Part shown: positions 35,226-47,270 of the stretch, in pieces | Numbering within the stretch: position 1 is the first letter of the stretch | Layout of the letters: each line of letters opens with the position of its first letter | Origin: Lytechinus pictus | Lineage: Eukaryota | Reading direction: 5' to 3' | Assembly: GCF_037042905.1 (NCBI RefSeq) | Contig: NC_087245.1 | Coordinates: 21,082,001 to 21,146,000, forward strand | DNA: 64,000 nucleotides | Position numbers and translations under genes: made by a program | Notes under the pieces: generated by a model | What the model was told of the DNA's origin: nothing | The model's database searches: none | The model's input: only the letters and a program-made list of their open reading frames with translations

Positions 35226-38200
35226 TAGTAGACTTGTTAAAAAGGGGTGAACGCTGCATTTTTTAGTACAAATGTCCCACTTGGCACAAATGTTCATTGA
35301 GTCAAAAGAAAAGGATTCATCCAAAGAGACACGCTGTATCTATGCAAATAAGCAAGTAATTTGCATAAATTTGCATAATAGGTCGATATAGTGAAAACAA
35401 GTATTTAAGAATATATATTTAACCAGAACTGCCCTAAAATTGGAAATAAAGACTTAGGGTAAGAAAGAGAAGAAAATTGACATATTAATGATTGGGATAT
35501 CCTTGTTAATTATTACCTAATTTACATGAATTATGCAAATTATAATTTATAACACAGTATTTTTTTCATGAATCCTGAACTGTTTTATAAATAACAGCAA
35601 TTAATACACAATGTCAACATTCTACATGAAAGAGAATATATTAGCGAAAACATCGATATGCTTCATGACAGTATAAGTGTCTTAATTTGCTTAGAAAGAG
35701 GGCAAATATGTCAAAATGTATGACGTGATATTGCGCTAAAACGAGACCAAAACAAGCTCTATGTCAGAGTCACACTCACGAATCGAACAATAAAGCGATC
35801 AATGGTACGTCATTCGAAATAACACAATCCCAACACAATATCTTCCATCGGCTTCTCGTATCGCTTTTGTTGATGTGTCCGCCACACCGTAATCTATGGT
35901 ATATACGGGCAAAATGTATTTCGGTATCGGTAAAACACTATTAATTTTGTTTTATTTGTTTCTCTTGGAAAATTTACAGGAGACATTGCTTTGCAGGTTA
36001 CTGCTTTAATGAAGCTCTGGCACATGAATCATGACGAATGTACCCCCACCTCAATCCATATTTTAACTTTGTTAAAATATATATCTTTTGGAGACCCCGA
36101 AGTGGCAAAACTGCATTCCCCGCGGCATTCCCGCTACTTTACAAAACCAGTTTGACTTGTATTATCGACATGGAAAAGACAGATGTATGAGACATCAGTT
36201 AACATGTTTCCTGAAGATAGTTTTTTTTTGTTTATTTAAGCCTACGTCCACGGGAGCCCTCTGAATTTACCCCATCCCCTCTCTGTATTTCGACACTAAA
36301 TAAAAAATATCGTGTTGTAAAGCCACCGGCACGGCAAATTGCGTTTTTGGTATAATAAAGCAACTTTTATATCTTCATTTCATATTTTTCTATATTAATA
36401 TTATTATTATTATTAATATTATTATTATTATTATTGTTATTATTATTATTGTTGTTGTTCTGCAGTTTGTAATAATGCTCTAGCACAGTAAAGGCTATAA
36501 CCCAACAGGAGCATGCCTAGGATACCCTTTCCCCTTTTGGTTCTATGTATTCAAAAATAGTTTATTGTCTTTAGAACTCTTAAAAGATTACTTTTGTTTG
36601 TATTGATATCTTGGAATAGATTGAGGAGAAAATAATCTACAATTGACATGTAGAAGAGATGTGGTACATTGAAGAAAAGCCACACGTAAGCTCTAAAATA
36701 CTCAAACCCCTTTATTGATTCCACTCTATGTTAAATTTAAATATTTTTAGAGCCCATTCGGAAGAAAGATACATTTCTACTACACACAGTGAAGCGTCTT
36801 TACTTTTTCCTCTTGAAAAAAAAAACATAGAAGGCATTGTTTTATATCGCATAAAATAAGTTCTTGTACATGACGGTGGCCTGTCGAAGTTGCCCAACCC
36901 TTTATTTTGTTTTGACAATATATATTTAGAATATCGTCTAAATGAAGCCCTCATCTGGAAAAGGGCACTTATTAAAGGCAGCATCTACATTATATAGAGG
37001 AGGCCCTGGTACTTGGAAGCGGGGCTGAAGCACCCGCAAGATTTTCCGGAAGGGGGGGGGGGGGTGTGCTGCGTGTGTTATTCTCCATAGACAGCACCCC
37101 CTGGAATTCCGGCAGATGTGACAAAACGAAAAAAGAAAAAAAACGTTACCAAAAAAACTTTTTAGTGCAATCCATTTTGTTTATTTGCTTGTTAAATTTC
37201 TTGATGTAAATTTGAAAAGCAAAAAAGGTTCAATGTAAAATTTTGGTCCCAAGAAATTTAACAAGCTTCAGCCCCTTCTTCCCAGTGCCAGGGCCTCCTT
37301 TATATAATGTAGATGCTGCCTTTAATAAGTGCCCTTTCCAGATGAGGGCTTCATTTAGACGATATTCTAAATATATATTGTCAAAACAAAATAAAGGGTT
37401 GGGCAACTTCGACGGGCACCGTCACGTACACGAACTTATTTTATGAGATATAAAACGATGCCTTCTATGTTTTTTTTTTCAAGAGAAGAACTGTCTGTCT
37501 TTTCCAAGTCGATTATACAAGTCAAACTGGTTTTATAAAGTGGCGGGAATGCCAGGGGGATGCAGTTTTGCCACTTCGGGGTCTCCAAAAGATATATATT
37601 TTAATAAAGTTAAAATATGGATTGAGGTAGGAGATATTCGTCATGATTCATGTGCCAGAGTTTCATTAAAGCAGTAACCTGCAAAGCAATGTCTCCTGTA
37701 TATTTTCCAAGAGAAACAAATTAGAAACAAATAAAACAAAATTAATAGTGTTTTACCGATACCGAAATGCATTTTGTCCGTATGTATCATAGATTACGGT
37801 GTGACAGACACACCAACAAAGCGATACGAGAAGCCGATGGAAGCTATTGTGTTGGGATTGTGTTATTTCGAATGACGTACCATTGATCGCTTTATTGTTC
37901 GATTCGTGAGTGTGACTGTGACATAGAGCTTGTTTTGGTCTCGTTTTAGCGCAATATCACGTCATACATTTTGACATATTTGCACTCTTTCTAAGCAAAT
38001 TAAGACACTAATACTGTCATGAAGCATATCGATGTTTTCGCTAATATATTCTCTTTCATGTAGAATGTTGACATTGTGTATTAATTGCTGTTATTTATAA
38101 AACAGTTCAGGATTCATGGAAAAATACTCTAATTTAAATTATAATTTGCATAATTTATGTAAATTAGGTAATTATAAACAAGGATATCCCAATTATTTTA

Positions 38201-38455
38201 TGACAATTTTCTTCCCTTTCTTACCCTAAGTCTTTATTTCCAATTTTAGGGCAGTTCTGGTTAAATATATATTCTGAAATACTTGTTTTTACTATATCGA
38301 CATAATATGCAAATTTATGCAAATTACTTGCTTATTTGCATAGATACAGCGTGTCTCTTTGGATAAATCTTTTTCTTTTGACTCAAAGAACATTTGTGCC
38401 AAGTGGGACATTTGTACTAAAAAATGCAGCGTTCAACCTCTTAACAAGTCTACTA
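35226..38455. mobile_element. 3.2-kb near-palindromic (foldback) non-autonomous DNA transposon, Academ-like
   Basis: Termini TAGTAGACTTGTTAA / TTAACAAGTCTACTA; 3-nt TSD CCA (35223-35225, 38456-38458); arms 35226-36183 vs 37494-38455 and 36810-37031 vs 37265-37485 are near-identical reverse complements. The family label is inference. Confidence 0.88.
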
Positions 38456-39118
38456 CCATGCCAGTACCCGTTATATCACATTTGACTTTTTACTGAATAA
38501 ATTGTGACACAGCCAGTCGGGAGCATGGCCGTATAGCTGGGGGGGGGGGGGTACAATGTAAATACTTATGACCTTGAAAAGGAACTTTTTATGAATGTTT
38601 GCTGAAAAGTGAATATATTTTATAGTCCGACCTGAAAAACTCAACAGTTTTAAAATTGAATCGCGAACAAGGAATGTTTCTGAATAATCAATTATTTAGA
38701 GCGCGAAGCGCGAGCTTAATCATTTTTAAAGATCATTTAAACCTAAGTACGGGACATTCATTCTTTTTAATCATGGAGAGGATTGGTGTCTTGATTCCTA
38801 AATAGAATAATGCGCGAGCTGAAAATTTTTTATATTCCGATCTAAAGACTACATTTTTAGTATTAAATTTTTAAGAACGGGACATTCTAACCACTAATTG
38901 TAATCATGAACATGATGCGTTGGCCTATCTAACTAAATTCGAAGATAATTTGAAGAAAAGGTTTACCAAAAAATGGTCTTAAAAGTATACATTTTGAGAT
39001 CAGCATCGTATCAATTAAGAGAAACTAATGTTGTTTTTTAGAAGAAAGAATGCCTACTTGTCTTGTTCATTGGTAACATAATTAATGTGGTATGAATGTA
39101 TTGAGTGGTGAATTATAG

Positions 39119-39929
39119 CAGGGGCGGCATAACGTATTTTCGTTTGGGGGGCAAAGCCAAAAAGGGCACTTATATGTCAAAATGGGCATTATGGTACAAA
39201 CTGATATTTTCACAATGAGATTATCATCTGCGTGAAGTAGTTGTGTGTTTTGTTGTAATCAAGTTGAGCACAGCCTTTTTGAAGTGATTTTTGATTGATA
39301 ACATCTATATTTAGACTTTGTTTCTGCGAGCGAGCGTAGCGAGCGATCGGTTTGGACAAAATAATGGAAATCTGAAGTTGTGAAACTCGCTTTTCTGCAT
39401 GTCAATTATGGCGTTGATTACTGTTAAAAAGTCATATTTACGAGATGTTGCGAGTGCGAATCGCAAGCTCATACTTTTGGACATTTCATACAATAAGACA
39501 TGAAAATTAAAAGCAGTTTTTTGTTATCAGGAGAATACTAGTAATGCGCAGCGCGAGCTGATATTTTTTATATACTGACCAGAAAAAGGAACCTGTTACG
39601 GAGTACATATAATGACTCATGAATAGGATACATATTTCACCAATCGAATAATGCAAGTGCGAATCGCGAGCTGAAAATTTGTGATATTCCAACCTGAAAA
39701 ACATTTTGTGACCTAACCATTGACAAGATGAGTACCTTACTAAACAATAATTGATGCGAAGCGCGAGGGCCAAAAATGTTGTGTTTTTTCTAACCTAAAA
39801 TGTATTGTTTTACTTTAAAAAGGCCATTTCATTTTGAAACAAGGGCACTTTCCATGTTGAAAAGTTTCCTTAGGAGATTTTGGGGACAAGTGCACTCCTG
39901 CCCCCCCCCCCCCGATTCCGCAGCCCCTG
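39119..39929. mobile_element. hAT-like non-autonomous element with 8-nt TSD
   Basis: Ends caggggcggc / gcagcccctg; TSD AATTATAG at 39111-39118 and 39930-39937. Confidence 0.9.
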
Positions 39930-40060
39930 AATTATAGTACATTATCATTCAAATGGGCCTATATTGCAAGACTACACAGACCAGAATGTTGCATTATACT
40001 GCATGGCCAGATGTGAGCGCTTTCAGGTGGCGCCGTTAAGGCTGCTTATAGTTTTGCTGC

Positions 40061-40061
<1 letters not shown>

Positions 40062-40091
<30 letters not shown>

Positions 40092-40179
40092 GTAGTAGTA
40101 GTAGTAGTATTAGTATTAGTATTAGTATTATTAGTATTAGTATTAGTATTATTATTATTAATTATTATTATTATTATTA

Positions 40180-40218
<39 letters not shown>

Positions 40219-40235
40219 TTTATTATCATTATTAT
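40062..40235. repeat. (ATT)n/(AGT)n/(ATTAGT)n microsatellite
   Basis: Directly visible. Confidence 0.95.
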
Positions 40236-40239
40236 TTGC

Positions 40240-40455
40240 TTGGTGTCACCTGTGCCTGGGAGGCGAAAAGCGAACCGAATCACTATGACCCGCAGGTCTC
40301 TCCTCCCGATATAACTGATTGGGGGAGTGCAGGTGGACCACTACACCGGGGTTTCCCCCTACTCTTATACGAATAGTGCAGTGGGTTCTTAACGTGCAAA
40401 GGTGGTGACTCTCCTCTACACGGGGCCTCAATTTAAAGTCCTATCCGAGGGACGA
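40240..40455 (-). mobile_element. 5'-truncated SINE with a Nin-like central domain
   Basis: cccctactcttatacgaatagtgcagtgggttcttaacgtgc...acacggggcctc...aagtcctatccgagggac resembles the Nin domain as recalled; tail abuts the microsatellite. Confidence 0.6.
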
Positions 40456-42178
40456 AATTGCTTTAAAATGTCCAGGTTTTAGATATGAATATCAAAAATT
40501 GTCAGCTCATGCTTTTCCCCTCACATCATTTCTTTAAGAAGATATATACCCATCATCTTCATGATTATTAAAAATACGCATAGAATTTTCATTTTTTAGG
40601 TTTAAACCTAATAATACCAGCTTGCACTTTGCGCTCGCAATTTTTTTTAGATACCTCTTGTTCGTGTGTAAATAGCCAGCTTTTGGATTTTCTGGTCGGA
40701 ATATCCAAAATTATCAGCTCGCGCTGCTGCGCTCGCATCAGTTAAATGCCGATTGTAATTACAAACACTGCTGGGAATGTCCAGTTTTCAAGTCGGAATA
40801 TCAACAATTCATAAATAAATTGTAATTATTGAACGCCTTTGCTGAATGAACTTTGACAACGGGGCAAAAAAATAGGTCCCTGTTCGCTGGGTGTTGCCTG
40901 GGTGCATGCCGGCCAGCTATCTGCTACGTGCCTTTTATTGTGGTTATTGCTCATTTGCGAGAATTAACAGGAAAGGTCGGGGTGTCAATTCTTTTGAGTC
41001 GCATCATTTTTTTGATCGCCCCGCCTATTGGCAGCACCTGCCTGAGGGATTGTTACATTTTACATAAATGGCAAAACTACTATGGACACGGCATGCACAG
41101 TGTTTACTTTTAACCCAATCAAATGATAGGAATAAAGATTAGGGGGAAGATACTCAAAGTGATTAACATACCAGGTACTGATTTCAGGCTGCTATAAAAG
41201 AATGAAAGGATCGGGGTTGGGGAGCAGTCCTGTTGGGGAGGGGTCTTTCTTTCCAGTAATTTATTATATTTTATTCTTTTTTTTAGCTGTTTAATATTTT
41301 TCTTTTGTTCTGCTATATTAGGGTGGAACTCCTATGACTCTGTGGGACGGGAGGGGGTGCACCCCGCCTAACCCCAGCCTCGCCCATCGTCTATTGTTTG
41401 GGATGACATACATGTGGAATAGAAACTGTATAAATGTATGATTATTTGACTGTTTCACTTATTTTTATTTTCTCTTGTTTCTCATCAGCGCAGAATAACC
41501 TGGTGTAATGTAGGCCCTACGCACATTACCATCTATGCGGCGTGGTCATTGAGTAATGGAACTGGAGATGACGATCAGGAGATGACACTGAGGAGATCAT
41601 TGATGGCGGGTGAGGAGGATAGCAGAATGTTGCTTTGAGGTATCCAGTGGTTATCTTGTGGTGACATGAGGCCAGACGTCGATGCGTACCTGCAGCTTTA
41701 CCAGGAGAAGGAAGATGGTGTCACCATTATGCTCTTCTCCGTGATTTTTTTTCACATTTTGATGGCGTTATTCAGACAAAATAACATTTAAAGGCCTTTA
41801 GCCAGGAATTTTAGTAGAAACACGCTCTATAAACAATTATAGGGAACAGAGCGTCCAATCTTATCGTGACACTTTACGCATTTCAATAGTGAAATTAAAG
41901 GATATTTTGCATTGTTTGGAGAATATTAATAACAATTTAAGCAAAAAAAGTGTAAGCTTCCTCATCTTTTCTCTTTTGGGAGGGGATAACAACCCACTTT
42001 CCCCTTTTATATTTTTGGGCACTTTCCACCCAGGTGTAGTGAATTGGTACTGTATGCAGCGCTTAGAAACATCTTATTAAGCACTTCATAAATTTTGTTT
42101 GTTGTAATATTTTATGTCTTTTGATAGGGTCCACGCCAAGATGAACTGCTCTTTTTTTTTTTACCAGTGATGTACAAT

Positions 42179-42790
42179 ACCTCGTTCAGACTGTCGTGCG
42201 ATCATTTACGAAAGCCACGATTGGCTTATCGAACTGATCGCAAATTTTTTTGAAACCATTCAAAAATTTTCTACGATCAATACGATTACCACGACTGATG
42301 TGATACGATCACTATACGATCACTCCACGATTAAGTACGCGGTTTGAATCGTGGCGTAAATCTTGACAATGGGAACTATAGCGTTTTAAGGCCTCCACCT
42401 TACAACTGGTTCACGTTCCGATTTTGGAACAAATCCATTGCTTATATTCTGATAATGGAATGGAAAATATCTTTTTATTCGAGGTTCAAATTAGCATACC
42501 AATATATCAATCTTGGATGATTGCAAGCGTTTATAATTATTTAAAGTTTTAGTTTCAATTCGTAGCCAATTGTGTGATTGTTATCTCGTCATTTCGACTA
42601 GATATTCATTTCGCTTTTATTCTAATAAGGATGATAGCATAGTTATAGATTTGAATGAAAGTGAAATGAACAATTTAGAACATTTAAACATTAAGATGTT
42701 TCATGTCTTAATATTCGCTTCAAATTTTGCTTCCTTTTATTCCGAAATCGGGTCGAACACTAATCGTAAGGTTTGGGGTGGTCTTTACGG
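42179..42790. mobile_element. Two adjacent degenerate TIR elements (about 42179-42382 and 42388-42790)
   Basis: First has acgat-rich internal repeats; second has ccttac...ccgattttggaa pairing with ttccgaaatcgg...gtaagg. Confidence 0.5.
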
Positions 42791-43117
42791 TTTTTACTTT
42801 TTGGAGGGGAAGGTTTTCATTTACCATCACAGGCATTTTGACAATGGTGGTTCACAAATTAAATGCAGATGTATAGAACATTTAAACATATGGCTCATAC
42901 CCTTACCACCTCTCGGATAAAAAATCATAAAAAGGAAAAATCTGTAATAAAACAAACAATATAACAGACCTTTTTATAATGGGTTATGTTTGACATATTC
43001 ATTCCAGGGAAGTGAAAAACAATGCATTTTGAACTTTTTTTTATTAATGAATTAACAAAACATTACTGAAAGTCCAGTTTGCCTAATTTCTCGTTTGACA
43101 GTTTTGAGATAGCATTT

Positions 43118-43580
43118 TGAAGGGTAAGTCCAACCATACAAAGAGTGGGTTTGAATAAATAGAGGCAAATTCAAATTAATCGAAATCAATTTTTTTTTCA
43201 AAATCGGATGTAAAATAAGAAAGCTATGAAATTGTGAATTATCGCTTTTTTCACAAAACAATCATAATGTATATTTGTATTTTTTTTAATGTGAAACAGG
43301 TTATTTCGTTTTTCTGCAGATTTGACAAAAAACATCTTTGTTGAATCAAAATAGATTGCAACAATGGAAATCTCATGCAAGAAGAAAACAAACCTTATTT
43401 CGCATCATAAAGGAAAATATGAATTTTATATTTTCAGAATCCATATAATAATAAAATACAAAGAAATCTTTGGTTGGTGGCGTCATCAGTTGCCTCATTT
43501 GCATACTGACCAGAATTTCCATAACTTTCTTATTTTTACGTCCGATTATGTTAAATTTTCACCATTGTGGTAGGCTTATT
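43118..43580. mobile_element. Truncated Kolobok-like non-autonomous element related to 57179-57768
   Basis: Starts agggtaagtcca; shares caaaatc..atgtaaaataa.aaag.tat.gaa subterminal motifs and their inverse. Confidence 0.55.
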
Positions 43581-43665
43581 TCGGAAATGCAATAAGAAAA
43601 TCTGAAATATATTAGTTCCTCTGCTAATGAGATTAGGGTAGATTCTATAATTCTGTATTTTGCCT

Positions 43666-43825
43666 GGTGGGTGTTTTATAAAGCTGTTCATTAGTCACGA
43701 CTGACTATACACCCAACTGGTGAACCTTTCCTGTGCCATTGTGCTGACTTAGTATCGGAAGATTATGTTCTGACCTTGGATAAAGTCATTCGTAACTTTA
43801 TGAAGAGCTTTATGAAACACCCACC
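43666..43825. mobile_element. Harbinger-like MITE
   Basis: TIR ggtgggtgttttataaagct / agctttatgaaacacccacc. Confidence 0.8.
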
Positions 43826-45035
43826 TTGACAGTAAATCATTTTGATACACCTTATTTTGGCTACTTGTATTTATTCTTGTACTCGGTTTCATAAGAAACT
43901 TGTCCCCCAATACCCCCCCCCCCCCCTTTCCAACCTCTCCCTCCATCTCTCTCTCTCCATCTCTCTCTCTCTCATCCCTCTTCTCTTCTTTTCTCTTTTC
44001 CGAAGGTACTTTCACATTTGGTTGTGCGATCATTTGTTCCAATATATGTTACACAAAATAGCAATGCTCGCAACAGTTGCGCAACCAATTTTGAAAGCCC
44101 CTGTATTATACATGTGTACAGAGCGTCCCACAGAAGGGGAAACCGTGATTCTCAGTTTATTGGGGGTAATTTTTCAACATTTGTAAACAATGATCTTTCA
44201 TTGACATCATGAAATTATTTCTTTTCACATCTTATAGTATCACTAGGCCCAGAGCTGCCAACCCCTATTGAGAAAAAAATCCTTTTCTTTATTTTTATCA
44301 AATTTCAAGCCTAATTTTTTTTTTTAATTTTGAAAAATATTCAAAAATAATTCTTAAAAGTTTGAAAAATAAAATTTCAAAAGGAATAACCATATTCAGT
44401 ATCATTATTTGCTTAAAAATTCTACGAAGTAGAATAAAATCCTACTTCTAGTCTCCTCTGCTAGGTAACACATAGATGTAAAACTAAATATATTGATGTC
44501 AATACATATGTAATTAATTTTATATATATCTATCACTAAAATGGGTTTCCTTTTTTTGTGACACTCTGTACACACAACCCTTGAAAATAGAGTGAACTTC
44601 ATCAAGTGCATGTTTACATTATTGAACCTATAATGCCTTTGACAAAAGATTGGTAAAAAATACCAGTAACGGGTTTTCTCAATTCCAAAATCGCTTATTT
44701 ACGAACGATTTAAAAACATAACTTTATCCAATTGTTGTAAATGCATAACATTTATCACTGCCAATTTGAAGTAATTTTATTCTTGCTTTGTCTATGCCAT
44801 GATGCGCTTTAATTCATTGCGTCTCAACGCATTGTAAATTATCATTCACGCACCCGAGTCAAACGTGAGACAATACATAGATGACATTTTTCGAAGATAT
44901 TGTTCAAACAAATTTATAATATCTAACCAAAATCGAAAACTGTTCCAACAAAATTATTTTCATTTTATGAAGTTCACTCTTGAAAATATTTAACAACAGA
45001 AAACATCCCCTCTTTCAAATGAAATTGTACCTATT

Positions 45036-45347
45036 GGCCCGTATTCTGAAGTTGGGTTTAAATTAAACCCTGGTTTAAAGTTGTGGTTTAAGTATGGAGA
45101 GCCAATTGGAGCATAAATCCCTAACGGTAAACATTCAGTTTATTAACTCGTATGACACCCAAATTGTTCATAATTGTCTGGGAATTATTATAACTGAAGT
45201 ATTTTCTTCATTATGAAAGCAAAAGGAAACAAACTACTACACATAATAAATCTAACATATAAATTTAATTTGTGATTTCTTGGCTTCCCATAATTTTAGT
45301 AGAGTTGGACGTTGGTCTAAGTTAAACCTGAATTCAGAATACGGGCC
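45036..45347. mobile_element. MITE with 3-nt TSD ATT (Harbinger/ISL2EU-like)
   Basis: Perfect 15-nt TIR ggcccgtattctgaa / ttcagaatacgggcc; ATT on both sides. Confidence 0.88.
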
Positions 45348-46028
45348 ATTGTGTTGCAAAATGCATTGCTATTGACTTATCCACTATGACTAAACAACAC
45401 TCTTGATATTTCTCTTGATTATGGAAAAATTTAAAATTCGTGCTTACATTCCTTTGGCTAGATATTGAAAAATCTCATCTAAAACAACAAAAAACAATGA
45501 TGCAATAGTGATGCTAAAATATAAAAATAACATTCTCCAGAAAGGAAAATTTTACCATCAATATCGATCCATTTTGCAACATTTAAGAAAAAAAAATGGG
45601 AGGGGAGGGGGATGGATGGATAAGTGAGGGTTGTACATCATCTGCAAAGGCTACAATAAATATCACCAACTTGGTGTAAATTTATTAGTGACTTTTGTGG
45701 ATAATGTGCAAATCTCACAGGGGAGGCAATTAAACATGACCTGCTGCAGGCCAAAATATGACATTGTTCTTGAAAGTACTCTATAAAAGCTGAAAATATC
45801 TAGTTTTTTCAATTCACCAAGTTTTTGCAATTCGATCATCCGAAAACTTGCCACTACTGAGAGAATATCTGAATAAAAAAAAAAAAATTCTTGGCCTTTT
45901 CAAACTTAAAAATATAATTTTTTAAATAAAGAAATTAAACGATAATGGCGTTCTAAATTTCGGTTAATTTAATTACATTGTACAGTACCCACAAGAAACC
46001 TGGAGGTTTCAGGAACAATGTCGCATTT

Positions 46029-46179
46029 GGGCCCGTTGCATAAAAGTCTACTGTAACAGTAACTTTGCCATCCAATGGTAACTTCCATAAAATCCTTGAT
46101 TGGCTAATAAGCATTGTTACCATGGTAGTTACCATTGAATGGCATAGTTATGATAGTAGCTTTCATGCAATGGGGGCCC
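46029..46179. mobile_element. Harbinger-like MITE
   Basis: gggcccgttgcataaaag / ctttcatgcaatgggggccc. Confidence 0.7.
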
Positions 46180-46704
46180 CAGGCATGCATAAAAAAAGTT
46201 TTGTGACATTTCTGCCGTCCCATGGTAAAAAAGGAAGCAACTCTATGGAGCAAGTTTCTAAGTAAAATAAGCAAAATATGTTTTATACATATATATATAT
46301 AGAAAATATATATTTTGGAAGGTCTATATTTCAGAAATTGGGGGCTATGCGACTCAAATTCATTGTCGCATTGAGTATAGAGAATAAAAAAATTGTGTGC
46401 TTCCTTTTGTCATTGGATGGCAGATTTGTTCCTGTGATAGTTGCTCCTCCTACCAAAAAAAACTGAGCACATTAATACTTGTCACAACCCGAACCATACA
46501 AATTCAAATAAATTGGTGGAGGAGCAAGTGTCACCTTACAGTAAAAAAAGGGGGGGGGGGATCATTGAGGATAAAAAAAGGGGGAAGGCAGGTCACAATA
46601 CATGGGTGCAAAAATAAAGAATGACTGGAAAAACATTTTCATTTTACAAGGAATTTATTTGTCTGAAAATACATAGTTATAAAAAAAATTGATTAAAAAA
46701 AAAT

Positions 46705-47006
46705 GACCGGCAGCCAAGAAGATTCATTCAAGTAAAGAGGTTACCAGAGCAAATGACCTTGATATGATGTGGCAAACCCCTAACCCTCACAAAATGGCCG
46801 CCAGTCTGATCTGAGCTGAGGTCTCCGAGACAAAATCACACAATACATGACATCACTACCCATTGTCTTTTTTTAAGTGTACAGGGCGGGGCGCTGGACA
46901 CTACCATGCATGACGTACCGCTTCTGTAATGCAGGTGCTTTATTTTCAACTTCAATGATGCTTTGTGCAGCCAAGTGTATGCGAGACAATGCATTGATTT
47001 TCCAGC
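46705..47006 (+). repeat. Left member of a diverged inverted repeat pair of about 300 nt (partner 50290-50596)
   Basis: gaccggcagccaag..gattc.ttcaagt...aatcacacaata..tgacatcactacc...gtgtacag...ctgtaatg.a.gtgctttattt...ttttccagc matches the reverse complement of 50290-50596. Confidence 0.85.
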
Positions 47007-47130
47007 CCCTCCCCTTCAGTCTATTAATCTTTGTTCACCCTTCTCCCCTTCCCCTCTATCCCCTCTTCCTTCTACAGGTTTACCAGTTAATCCACTAAAT
47101 GTGGTCTCGCTCCCTGTACTATCCATCTTG

Positions 47131-47270
47131 GGGGGGGGGCATTTCATGAAGATTTGTCAGTGATTTTCACCAACAGATGTTCTGAGCTATTGTAAATTAC
47201 TGCATCTGATTGGTCAATAGCAAATTAGTCTTTGATAATCACCGACAAATCCGCTTATGAAATGCTCCCC
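47131..47270. mobile_element. Harbinger-like MITE
   Basis: gggggcatttcatgaagatttgtc / gacaaatccgcttatgaaatgctcccc. Confidence 0.7.

Noticed and set aside
36712..37446. Two ORFs on opposite strands sharing FQMRASFRRYSKYILSKQNKGLGNFD
   Set aside because: The shared peptide only reflects the inverted arms of the foldback element; no protein motif, and the ORFs have different starts and ends
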